Positions 10,461 to 20,800 of a DNA stretch of 64,000 bases are shown here, piece after piece. A program made the translations under genes and the position numbers. The stretch is from a virus. The DNA is taken from the IMG/VR virus record IMGVR_UViG_3300043775_001610, positions 32,001-96,000 of that record. One strand, 5' to 3'. Numbering within the stretch: position 1 is the stretch's first letter; each line of letters starts with the position of its first letter. Below the pieces are notes generated by a model. That model was not told the origin of the DNA. It did no database searches and saw only the letters and a list, made by a program, of their open reading frames with translations.

Positions 10461-11444
10461 ATGGCAGAGATATACATAAACACAAGCACGGCAGCAACAA
10501 CAAAACTTTACGTAAAAGGTGAAGCTGTAACGCCAACATCATCAGTAGTTGTAAAATTCTATGACATAACTGGAGATCCGCTTGTTTCACCACAAATTAG
10601 CCCCTCATCGATTGTTGCAACTGTAACAGCAGAAGCAAGCGAAGTTGATCAAGGATCCTTTAGTGCTTATCTGCCAGTGCAGCATGCAACAAGAAATAGA
10701 AAGTTTAAGTTAGTATGGGATTGGCAGTTCAACTCAGTTGAATACTCCACTACAACTTACCTAGATGTTGTTACTCCATACGTTGATATTCAAGAGGCAG
10801 CTCAAGAGATGGGTCTTGGTTCAGATGCAAATGATCCAAGTCATAAAACATACCAGGAATTAAAGCTAGCGGAAAGATATGCTAGAAACATAATTGATGG
10901 ACATACTGGGCAAAAGTTTTATTTGCATGATGATAGCTTTTTTACGATAGGAAGTGATTCAGATACACTTTCAATGCCTAAAAAAATAAATCGGCTACAT
11001 ACGCTACATGCCAATGATGAATTGCTTATAGACAATATCAATAACATTAATAATGTTGGAATATCTGTTGAAAATACAGTAAGCGGTTTTGGAATAAGAG
11101 CAAGCCATACATCATTATTAGACAATGATGTATATATTGCAAATGGAATGGTTCCGCCATCTATCAATGATTTATCTCCAAATATTTTTAGAAGATCAAA
11201 GTCGTACAAGGTTTATGCAAGATTTGGTTGGGACTATGTACCAAATGAAATTAGAGATGCAGCAGTTGAACTAATGAAGATGTACTTTGCAAAAGATCGT
11301 ATATGGAGAGAAAGATATGTTAAAAAGATATCTACAACAGACTGGGATTTTGAATATTCTTCAGAGGCGTTTGGCGGAACTGGATCTTCTTACGCAGATA
11401 AACTTCTAGCAGATTATGTTATAACACAAATGGTATTGGTATAA
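10461..11444 (+). CDS. Head-tail adaptor
   Basis: Synteny; FGWDYVPNEIRDAAVEL motif. Confidence 0.7.
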   Translation: MAEIYINTSTAATTKLYVKGEAVTPTSSVVVKFYDITGDPLVSPQISPSSIVATVTAEASEVDQGSFSAYLPVQHATRNRKFKLVWDWQFNSVEYSTTTYLDVVTPYVDIQEAAQEMGLGSDANDPSHKTYQELKLAERYARNIIDGHTGQKFYLHDDSFFTIGSDSDTLSMPKKINRLHTLHANDELLIDNINNINNVGISVENTVSGFGIRASHTSLLDNDVYIANGMVPPSINDLSPNIFRRSKSYKVYARFGWDYVPNEIRDAAVELMKMYFAKDRIWRERYVKKISTTDWDFEYSSEAFGGTGSSYADKLLADYVITQMVLV

Positions 11445-11869
11445 TGTTTGAAATAGTTGATGGTTTAATGACCATGAAAATGGATGTCTATCGTCAATCT
11501 GAACGGCAAGATCCAAATACTGGTGCAATGGTTAGAGAGTTTTCTTATATAAAAACAATAGACTGCTATGCTAGAGGAGTAATTACAGAAAGCCGAAATA
11601 GATCTAACGATAGCCAAAAGTTTTCAAACAAGTATTCAAATAACCAATATATAGAGGTCAGAACATCTGAAAGGCTAACTGCCAGAGATAAGGTTAAAAA
11701 TATTGTTGATGTTAATGGTAAACCAATTTGGTATGAGTTAAACTATCCAAACGATACCGACACAGTGTTTGATGTTATAGGAACAACTCCAATAGCAGAA
11801 CCATTTGGAAATGTCGTTGGGTATAACTCATCACTACAAAGAGCGGAGAATCAGCAAATTGGCATCTGA
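11444..11869 (+). CDS. Head closure/stopper protein
   Basis: Synteny and size. Confidence 0.55.
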   Translation: MFEIVDGLMTMKMDVYRQSERQDPNTGAMVREFSYIKTIDCYARGVITESRNRSNDSQKFSNKYSNNQYIEVRTSERLTARDKVKNIVDVNGKPIWYELNYPNDTDTVFDVIGTTPIAEPFGNVVGYNSSLQRAENQQIGI

Positions 11870-12650
11870 AATTTTAGCTATTAAAGCAGCAAGCGGTCTA
11901 GTTAGCTTAATGTCTAACAAGCCCGCAAGCGGTGCTATAAAAGATAGCACAGTAGCTCAGATATCTGCAGCATTATTTTATAAAACAAATGTTATGGCAA
12001 AGCTAGCATCAAATCCTCAATTTCAATCTGCATTTAGAAATATAATTTTTGATCAGTTGCAAGTTGATTTTGGAGACTACATTGATGCAAAATCAAGAAC
12101 TTCACCAAAGTCTTTTCACCACGTTTATGAGTGGGGTAGAATTGGCGAAGATGAAGCAAGACTATTTAAACTAAAAAAGCTACCAGCAGATGGACTATCT
12201 CTAAAAGTTAATTATGAATTGACTGACTCTAAATCTTTTGTACCATCTGAAAATTCTAATAATAAACATGTCTTTGTAAAAAAGGCTGAAATAATGGAGC
12301 AGGGAAAGACTGTAGTTATTGCTCCAAGATTTTCAGAAAGACTTGTTTTTGATATAGATGGATATACTGTATTCATGCCAAAGGGACAATCGGTTACTGT
12401 TAGAAAGCCAGGCGGAGCGGCAACTAAAAATGCATTTTTTGCACAGTATAGGTATTTCTTTACTGGACAGCTAGTCAACATGTCAATAAAAAAATCGGGA
12501 TTTCAAAGATTATTTAACTCATCATTATCTAGAGCATTAGGTGTTCCAGCACAAGTTAGAACAGTTAAATATAGCTTCTCGCCAAATCAGCTGGCAAATG
12601 AAGCAGAAGCTGCCACATCAGCAGCATTTGCGAGGTTCGTAAATGGCTAA
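11859..12650 (+). CDS. Neck/tail completion protein
   Basis: Synteny; TTG start at 11859 after GGAG (ORF track starts at 11805). Confidence 0.5.
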   Translation: MASEILAIKAASGLVSLMSNKPASGAIKDSTVAQISAALFYKTNVMAKLASNPQFQSAFRNIIFDQLQVDFGDYIDAKSRTSPKSFHHVYEWGRIGEDEARLFKLKKLPADGLSLKVNYELTDSKSFVPSENSNNKHVFVKKAEIMEQGKTVVIAPRFSERLVFDIDGYTVFMPKGQSVTVRKPGGAATKNAFFAQYRYFFTGQLVNMSIKKSGFQRLFNSSLSRALGVPAQVRTVKYSFSPNQLANEAEAATSAAFARFVNG

Positions 12651-13152
12651 TTATAAATTAGATTCAATGTTTGAAATAAGAAAGTTTTTATGGAACAGAC
12701 TAACTTGGCTTGGCATATTTGACGAGAATGATTATTATTCAGACAACCTAGGCGAAGCCCTTATCCCAATAGTACCAGTTCAACAACAGCCAGAAATGAA
12801 TCAATTCTTAAGCGGCAAGAAGCACATAGTCTACGACAAGGTAGGAATGTCCTATGAGAATAACTGGATGATATGTTGCGAGCAAATCCTATTAACCCTA
12901 TATTCACCAGACATCTTGGATATTGTTGAAATAAGAAACTTCCTAACTGATGAATTTAGAAGAATGGATGAGTCTGCCAGAGATGTCAATAAATGGACGG
13001 GATTATCAGATAAGTTCAAGTTTCATAGCATCCAGGTAGCAGACATATCATCTACATCACCATCAGAAGAGATCCAAGGATTCTATGCAGCAGATGTAGT
13101 ATTGGAGATAAAATACTCCAGAATACTGGATGGCAAAGGCAGGTTTGCCTAG
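12643..13152 (+). CDS. Tail terminator-like protein
   Basis: Position directly before major tail protein. Confidence 0.5.
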   Translation: MANYKLDSMFEIRKFLWNRLTWLGIFDENDYYSDNLGEALIPIVPVQQQPEMNQFLSGKKHIVYDKVGMSYENNWMICCEQILLTLYSPDILDIVEIRNFLTDEFRRMDESARDVNKWTGLSDKFKFHSIQVADISSTSPSEEIQGFYAADVVLEIKYSRILDGKGRFA

Positions 13153-13153
13153 T

Positions 13154-13182
13154 TTGCCTTTTATAAGCTAGTAGAGTAAAAT
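13154..13182 (+). promoter_or_regulatory. Promoter TTGCCT-N17-TAAAAT
   Basis: Same -35 as the 7530 promoter, 17-nt spacer. Confidence 0.6.
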
Positions 13183-13255
13183 TAGAACAGAGGAAAGGGC
13201 CTAGCCAGCCAAATATATATATTAATTTCATATGAAATCAGGAGGAAATACAATT

Positions 13256-14038
13256 ATGGCATATCAAAATACAGGTGACGCTAAGAATATTCTTGTTGGC
13301 GCATCACCACTATTTTTGTCAGTAGAAGACTCAACAACATCAGGTTACAACACAAACATGGAAGCGGGACTAGCGAAAGCTTTCGTTGCAGATAAAAACC
13401 GTCTTGTACCAGCATTTGTAGAAGCAGAGTCTTATACTACAACACTAAACAAAGTTTTACCAGTTACAGCAGCTACACAACAGACAACACCAACAGAGGC
13501 AAACCCTCTAAAGGGTGCAGCATACCGTAACGTTGGTTACACAAATAACGGTCTTCAGATCAGTTACCAACCAACATACGATTCTGTAACAGTTGATCAG
13601 CTTCTAGATACAGCTAAGCTATTTAAATCTGCAATGCAGGTTCAAATTTCAACTGAAATGGCAGAAGGAACCCTAGAAAATATTCTTGCAGTATTTGGAC
13701 AGAAGTCAGATACACTAAAGCCAAAGAAGGGTGGAACTCCAGAAGCAGTCCTAACAGGACTAGCAGCAGAAGATCACCTTGGCCTAGAAGCAGGTGCACT
13801 TGGTTCAGCTCCAACAGAGCGTCAACTAATTGCAATTGGACAGGCTCCAACATCAGAAGCAGCAGAAACTGAGCGTGTATACTATGCACGTCGTGTTTTG
13901 TCTGTTGAGCAGTCACAGTTCTCTTTGGCTCGTACAGCAGCAACAACATTCCCAGTAACATTCCGTCTTCTACCAGACGGTAATTATGCTGGTTCAGAAT
14001 ACGGTAAGATTATTGACCGTGTACTAAGACTAAACTAA
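13256..14038 (+). CDS. Major tail (tube) protein
   Basis: NVGYTNNG, VDQLLD, FPVTFRLLP motifs; AGGAGG RBS before ATG 13256. Confidence 0.8.
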   Translation: MAYQNTGDAKNILVGASPLFLSVEDSTTSGYNTNMEAGLAKAFVADKNRLVPAFVEAESYTTTLNKVLPVTAATQQTTPTEANPLKGAAYRNVGYTNNGLQISYQPTYDSVTVDQLLDTAKLFKSAMQVQISTEMAEGTLENILAVFGQKSDTLKPKKGGTPEAVLTGLAAEDHLGLEAGALGSAPTERQLIAIGQAPTSEAAETERVYYARRVLSVEQSQFSLARTAATTFPVTFRLLPDGNYAGSEYGKIIDRVLRLN

Positions 14039-14056
14039 TTATATAAATAATTATAA

Positions 14057-14086
14057 GTAAAGCCTCCAAGAAATTGGGGGCTTTAC
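14057..14086 (+). terminator. Rho-independent terminator
   Basis: GTAAAGCCTCCAA-GAAA-TTGGGGGCTTTAC hairpin. Confidence 0.7.
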
Positions 14087-14088
14087 TG

Positions 14089-14117
14089 TTGTATCCGTAT
14101 AATGGTTATGCTATAAT
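14089..14117 (+). promoter_or_regulatory. Promoter TTGTAT-N17-TATAAT (extended -10)
   Basis: Consensus-like boxes upstream of chaperone/TMP operon. Confidence 0.55.
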
Positions 14118-14145
14118 AATTTAGACGATCCTTAAGGAGGATAAA

Positions 14146-14478
14146 TTGGCAACAACAGTATATGATGTAGAAGAGATTGAACTACAAAGCGGAGCTAAAG
14201 TAAAGCTCAAGCCATTATCAATCAAGCAACTGCGTAAGTTTATGGAAGTAATCAAGAAGGTTCAAGATGCGGAAGATGAAGCTGCTACTCTTGGAATTTT
14301 AGTTGAAGCATGCGGAGTTGCACTAGAAGTTCAGCTGCCAGATCTTGTTCAAGATATCGATAAGCTTGAAGAAGCATTAGATGTTCCAACAATTAATCGC
14401 ATCCTTGAAGTTTGCGGAGGAATTAAGATGGACGACCCAAACCTAATAGCGGCAGCGGTACTGGCTGGTCAGAACTAG
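14146..14478 (+). CDS. Tail assembly chaperone (gpG-like)
   Basis: Between tail tube and TMP; AGGAGG RBS, TTG start. Confidence 0.8.
   Translation: MATTVYDVEEIELQSGAKVKLKPLSIKQLRKFMEVIKKVQDAEDEAATLGILVEACGVALEVQLPDLVQDIDKLEEALDVPTINRILEVCGGIKMDDPNLIAAAVLAGQN
14436..14442 (+). other. -1 programmed ribosomal frameshift site C CCA AAC
   Basis: X XXY YYZ heptamer in frame; -1 frame open from 14424 to stop at 14813. Confidence 0.8.
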
Positions 14479-14813
14479 ATTTAGCCGCTTTAGAAGGCCA
14501 AGTTTTTCTTTTAGGTCACTGGAAGAATTACGAAGAGCTAGAAGAAAATTTATCGATGCCAGAATTGGTTCAAACCATAACAGCGATAAATGAAAAAGAG
14601 CATAACCAAAGAAGATTCGCAGCATCTCTAAAAGGAATACAATTAGATGATGATGTAGAAGAAAAAGAAAAAGGTTCTACCTTTGAGGATATCCAAAGAA
14701 GAGCTCTTGGAATTAAAGCATCAGCAGATGATGTTGTTGGTTTACAAGGTCCCTTCGCAGCGCAAGCTGGATTTGGAATTGGCGCAGGGTTAGGATACTC
14801 TAGGAGTAATTAG
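14442..14813 (+). CDS. Frameshifted C-terminal part of tail chaperone (gpGT-like)
   Basis: Open -1 frame PNSGSGTGWSELDLAALEG... continuous with ORF 14556..14813. Confidence 0.75.
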   Translation, partial: PNSGSGTGWSELDLAALEGQVFLLGHWKNYEELEENLSMPELVQTITAINEKEHNQRRFAASLKGIQLDDDVEEKEKGSTFEDIQRRALGIKASADDVVGLQGPFAAQAGFGIGAGLGYSRSN

Positions 14814-17800
14814 TGGCTGACGAACAAATCGTAACCAGTATAGTCGCCAAAGCCGACTTGTCTAGCCTTGTGTCTGAAGTACACAGGGCTAGCGCTAGTC
14901 TACAACAATTACAAAGAGAGCTTCTTTCTTCAAACAGAGCAATAGCTGCTTCAACAAAGTTAGCAAATAACTTATTTAGAGATACACTGACTGGTAGTGG
15001 ACAATACTCCAGCCACTTTGTAAACCTTAATTCTGATGTAGATAAGTTTGGTAAAAACTTAGACGCTGGTAGATTAAAACTTAAAAACTATTTTTCAACA
15101 TTTAGAGAGCATGCTACAACACAAAAGGGCATGATCAGGGAGCTTGCCAAAGAGCAGGTAATGCTTCAGAATGCAGTACTTCAACCATTGGGTAGAAATG
15201 CTCAAGGTTTAATGCAGTACAATGTTATGATTCCTAGAGGTTTAGATGCTGTAAGAAATAGCGCACAACTAGCTCGAATGGAAATGCAGATAATGAATCG
15301 TGCATTGTCTGAAGGAGCAGGATCTTTAATTAACTGGGGTAAGAATACTCAGTGGGCAGGTAGACAGCTAACAGTTGGATTAACCGTTCCACTTACAATG
15401 TTTGGAGCGGCAGCTGGTAAAGCATTTAGAGAAGCAGATGCTGAATTAGTAAGATTAACAAAGGTTTACGGAGGACTAGCATCAACATCTGCACAAGATC
15501 TCAAAGCAATTAGAGAAGAAGTTGTGCAAACAGCAAAGTCTTTATCCCAAACAATGGGAGCCTCATTTAAAGATACAATTGCATTGGGTGCTGATATTGC
15601 AGCGACTGGAAAGATGGGCAACGATCTTTTAGAGTCAATTTCAGAAACTACTAGACTTTCTATTTTGGGTGAAGTTGACAGACAAGATGCTATGAAAGCA
15701 ACTCTATCAATTCAAACAGCATTTAAACAGAATACAGAAGAGCTTACAGAATCAATTAACTTTTTAAACGCAGTTGAAAACCAGACATCAACTACACTTG
15801 CGGATTTAGTAGAAGCAATTCCAAAAGCAGGTCCAGTAATTCAGCAACTAGGCGGAGATGTCAAAGACTTAGCTCTTTATTTGACAGCAATGCGAGAAGG
15901 TGGAATTAATGCATCAGAAGGTGCTAACGCATTAAAGTCTGGACTTGCATCTCTTATAAACCCAACAAAACAAACTGTCGGTATGATGTCAGACTTTGGC
16001 ATAGATGTTATGGGTATGGTTGCAAAAAATACTGGAGACACAACAGGCTTATTAACAGACTTACAAAAAGCTTTAGACAGCCTTGACCCGTTAAGCAAAG
16101 CAAGGGCAATGGAGCAAATGTTTGGAAAGTTTCAGTTTGCAAGAATGAGCGCCTTGCTTAATAACCTAGGCAAAGAAGGTAGCCAGACACTTCAGGTTAT
16201 GGAATTGATGAAAGCAAGCACTTCAGATTTAGCAGGAATTGCTGAGCGAGAATTAGGAATGATAACGGAATCCGCTTCTGGAAAATATAGAAGAGCTATG
16301 GAATCCCTAAAAGCATCTCTGGCAGATATTGGAGAAGATTTCCTACCAGTTGCAACAAAGCTTGTAAATGCAGCAGCAAAGATATTAGACTTCTTTAGTA
16401 ATTTACCATCCCCAATTAAAAAAGCAGTTACTTTCTTAGCAGGATTTACCGCATTAGTTGGACCACTTATTATGTTAACTGGTGTTCTTGCTAACTTCTT
16501 TGGATACATAACTAAGGGTATTGTTCAACTAAGAGCATTCTTTATGAAAGCTAATGGATGGAAGATGCTTACTCCAGAAATTATTGCCGCTCAAAAAGCA
16601 GCAGAAATGGTGGAGAACGCATTTTATTCAGATGCAGCAGCAGCTCAAGTTCTTCACAATGCATTACAAAAACTTGTTTTAGATTATCAAAATTTGCAAG
16701 CAGCTTCGATGAAAAATGCTGTTCCTGTAAACCCAGGAGTAAGTACAGTTGGCGGTGCACCAGTAATGGTTGCTGGAAGAAGAGTTGTTGACCCTAATGA
16801 TCCTTATGTAGGAGATGTTAACACTAGAGCAATGTCTCACATTAACCCTAGAGATCCTAATAATCCTGCAACAATATTTGGTGGTGTTCCTGGCGCAGTT
16901 CCAGTTAACAGAGGAATATCAAGAACCCCTCAAGTATACATGCATGATAGACTTCCAAATATTGAAGGACTAACAAGTATAAAAGGAATATCGACAGGAA
17001 TTGTTCCAGGAGAAGCAGCTAAATTTCACGCATTGATGGCAACACTTGGTATGCAAACCAAGCAAGAGGTTGCGGAATTAAAGAAAACAATTGCTATGGG
17101 TGGAACAGTAAGCAGAGAGCTACTAGACACATTTGATGACATATTGCCAATAACTCAAAGATTTGCAGATAGTGCAGCAACACAAGCAGCAGTAATTGTG
17201 CAGCAAATGAGAAATGCAGAAATAACAGTTGAGCAGGCAAAGGCAAGAATCTTAGCACTCAATGCACAAATAGAGGCAGACATGGGTACAGCGGTAAGCA
17301 TGTATGCTGCAGGCCGAGGAAGAACGCTAGATTTAACAAGAGCTCCGATGATGGATCAACCAGTTGTTGATGCAAATGGTCAGTTTACACTAAGAGATCT
17401 TTATAAGAAAAAAGCAAATGCTTCTGTGATGGAAGAGTTTGGAAGACTTCGTGGAGTAAGAACATTCGGCGCACCATATAGTATTCAAACAACAAGAATG
17501 CCTAGATTTAATACTGGAGGAGACGTAGAGTCGTTTGGCCCAAATAAAACTATGGTGTCTGGTCCATCTTCAATTAACTATGACGATAGGTTGGGAGAGG
17601 TCCCTCTCGGTGGATATGTTTTAAATCAGCAGGCTTCCATGGATCCAGCAAATGCTGATTTGGTTGCTATGGCTCCATCTACTTATTTGAATAATGGTGG
17701 AAGCATTACCGCAGCTCTTACCCCACGGGAGGTTGTCTTTGGTCCACAAATTCAAAGAATGCCTGAGCTTTATGCAGCCGTAGATGCAGCAAATAGTGGA

Positions 17801-20800
17801 TATAATTTCGGCGGGCAGATTATGGCTGGTATTACTGGATATGGAAAGAAAACATCTAATACTCCAGGAAGCAAAATGGATGAAAGACTGTTTAAAAAAC
17901 AGTACAAGGAATATTTAAGATTTATTAATAACCCACGATATGAAGATGACATGAGAGTAAGAATGATCATGTTGGACGCAGCAGAACTATCTTATACAGC
18001 AAAGATGCCTATGGATCAAGCTATAAAGACAGCAACATCTAATTTTGATTCTGCTAAAATACAATCTGGTGGATCTGATGAGAAATTTGTAAAGATAAGA
18101 ATTAAACAGGTACAAGATTTAGAAAAAAAGCATAAAGAGCTAAAAGTTAAAAATGCTAGAACTGCCGACACAAGCAGTAGCAAGGCTCTTAACTATAATT
18201 TAAACAAGGTCAGAGATGCAATGCTGGCTGACAAAAGCTTTGCTGCCGTCCATGATTTAATAAAAGATGTTTCCCCAACAACATTTAAAAATCGTAAAGG
18301 AATGCCAATCATCCAAGGATTGCATGATAGAGCACACTTTAGGCGTCGAGGTACACTTGGTTATATGACCAGCGGATACATGGGTCTTGCTGCAGTTATG
18401 CCTTCAGGAATAAATAATATAATGAGCAGGCTTGAAACTCTAGGACTATCAAGAGATGTTTTAAATTTAAATGCAGCAGATGCAAGAGAAAATTTTGCAT
18501 TAGCTTTAAAGAAAACAGGTATGGATAAGTTTGCAACAGTAGACGATCTTTATGCAGCAGTTATGGACGACGGTAAGTTTAAGACCAAGGCGCAAATAGA
18601 GTCTGGTAATGTTGTAAGAGCAAATAGAAAGCAGAGAGATTCTTGGAGCATGTTCTTACGAGCTGCAGCAACAAGACAGAAATGGATTCCAGGAAGACCA
18701 CCTAGACTTGTACCAGCTGGATACAACCTTGGCGGAATGATTCCAGGAGGGGCTATATCTAGAAATAGATTAAACTACGGCAACATCGCTCCGCTGCTTA
18801 GGTTATTAACACCAAGTCAACAGCTAAAGGTTTTAGGTCATGCCCGTGCAATGTCTTTTACAGGACGTTCTCCATACCCAAATACATCATATAGCCACAT
18901 AATATCGCCAAGCACAGGTCGTAGTTTCCCTGTACCTGGAGTTGGTGGAGTTTATGATGATGATCAAAAGAACAGAGTGTTTTTTAAAGCGGTTCCAAAT
19001 GAAAAAAGTTTAGTTGCAGAAACTCATGGAACAGCGATAGGAAGAATACTAAAAGTAATTACTCCAGTTCAAACTAGAAAAACAATTCCTAACCCACTAG
19101 ATCCAACTGGAAAATCAAAGTTCCTTGGTGCAGAATCACCTTATGATGAAGGATTTATTAATCCTAATACATCTATACCTGGAAAATTTAGTCAAGATGA
19201 AGTTTTAGATCAGCTTATTACATCTCTTATTTTTGGAAATAAAGATTTATCAAGAGCAAATGTTCATGGAAGACGACTAGCCGATGTTGGAAATGGAGGA
19301 GTATTAGCTAAGGCATCTATGAATGATGACTATGCAAAAACAATGCCTTCTATGGAAGAGATGGCAATGATCAATTTGCTGCAAGTTCGTGGAGGGGCTA
19401 GAAAAGATTTTGCTCATGACACCGCTCCTATTATTGCACAAATGACTCCAAAGCAGTATGGGGATGCCATAAGAGAAAAAATGAAAGCGGCTTATCCAGA
19501 ACTAAAGAAATATATACTTGCTATTCCTAAAAAAGAAAGAAAGCCTTACTTAGCTATGCTTGAAAGGTTTGAAACTGGCATGGATGTCGATTGGGCCAAA
19601 TATCATTCTATGCATGCTAATCCTAAATTTAATGCTGGAGGACCAGTTGGTGGAGGTCCAGTTCAAAGAAACAGATATGCTTATGGACGCAAAAAAGATG
19701 GATCAAGAAGACTAGGTAACCCAGCTGCAAGAGCAGCGCAAGAAAGAGCAAGAGCAGAGAGATCTGCAGCTTATAACCCAAGCAGCGGATCTTCATATAC
19801 AGCGACTGGAAATCCTCAGATGCAGGTAGCACGTGTTCCGTTTGTTGGAGGAACTGGAGTTCGTGGTAATGCTTACACTGGAGTTCCTACTGAATCTATG
19901 GCCAGAACAGTTGGTGTGATGAGACTTGCACAATTCCCTCATATGAATATGCCAACAATGCCAATGAATATTCCAGGAATAGGTAACACGTCAGCAATAA
20001 CAGCAGCATTTGCATCAATGGGAAATTCAATTAAAAGAGATTCAATGCAATTAGCAAAAGCTATAAAATTTAATGCACAATATATCTCTATGTCAACTAA
20101 AGAAAGTGCAATGTCTATTGTTAATAGAACAAAGTCTGCAGCAAATACAGTAATGACTTATACAAAAGCTATATCAAGTCAAGTTCTGGCTTCATCAAAA
20201 GCACAAGTTTCAAGACTTAAATCAGCTGGTTCAAGGTTTTATAATTCAATTGTAGCTGAGCAAAATGCTTACGCAGCAACAAGATATCCAGTTGGACAAG
20301 CCCCACCACAAGGATTTTTTGGCCCAGGCTATGTTGGTAAATATAAAGATTTAGGTGAGGGGCTACAGTCTAGAAAAGTAGGAAGCCTAGGTTTTAGAAG
20401 AACAGAGTATCTAGTTAATGGCGTAAGCATGACTGCAAAGCAGGCAAAAGCAGAGGGAGTTAGAATACCTCAAAGAGCCAATGGAATGAGCGTGGGTGCT
20501 CAAATGGGAATTGGTATGGCTGGATCAATGGGTGGCATGGCATTGATGCAACAAGAAAAGGTAAAGGTTTTTGGAACAGAGATGTCTGGAATGACTGCTG
20601 GAATGGGATTAATGGCTGCTACATCAATAATTCCAATGCTCCCTTTGGCAAAAATGCTTGCTGGAATTAAAGCTGGTGCAGCTTCAGCTAAAGCTGCAAT
20701 ACAGGGATTCTCAATGACAATGAAAGGCCTAAGAGCAGGAATTGCTTTACTAGCCAGATTTGCAAAAGGCTTTGGCCCAATTGGAATAGCTATAACAATA

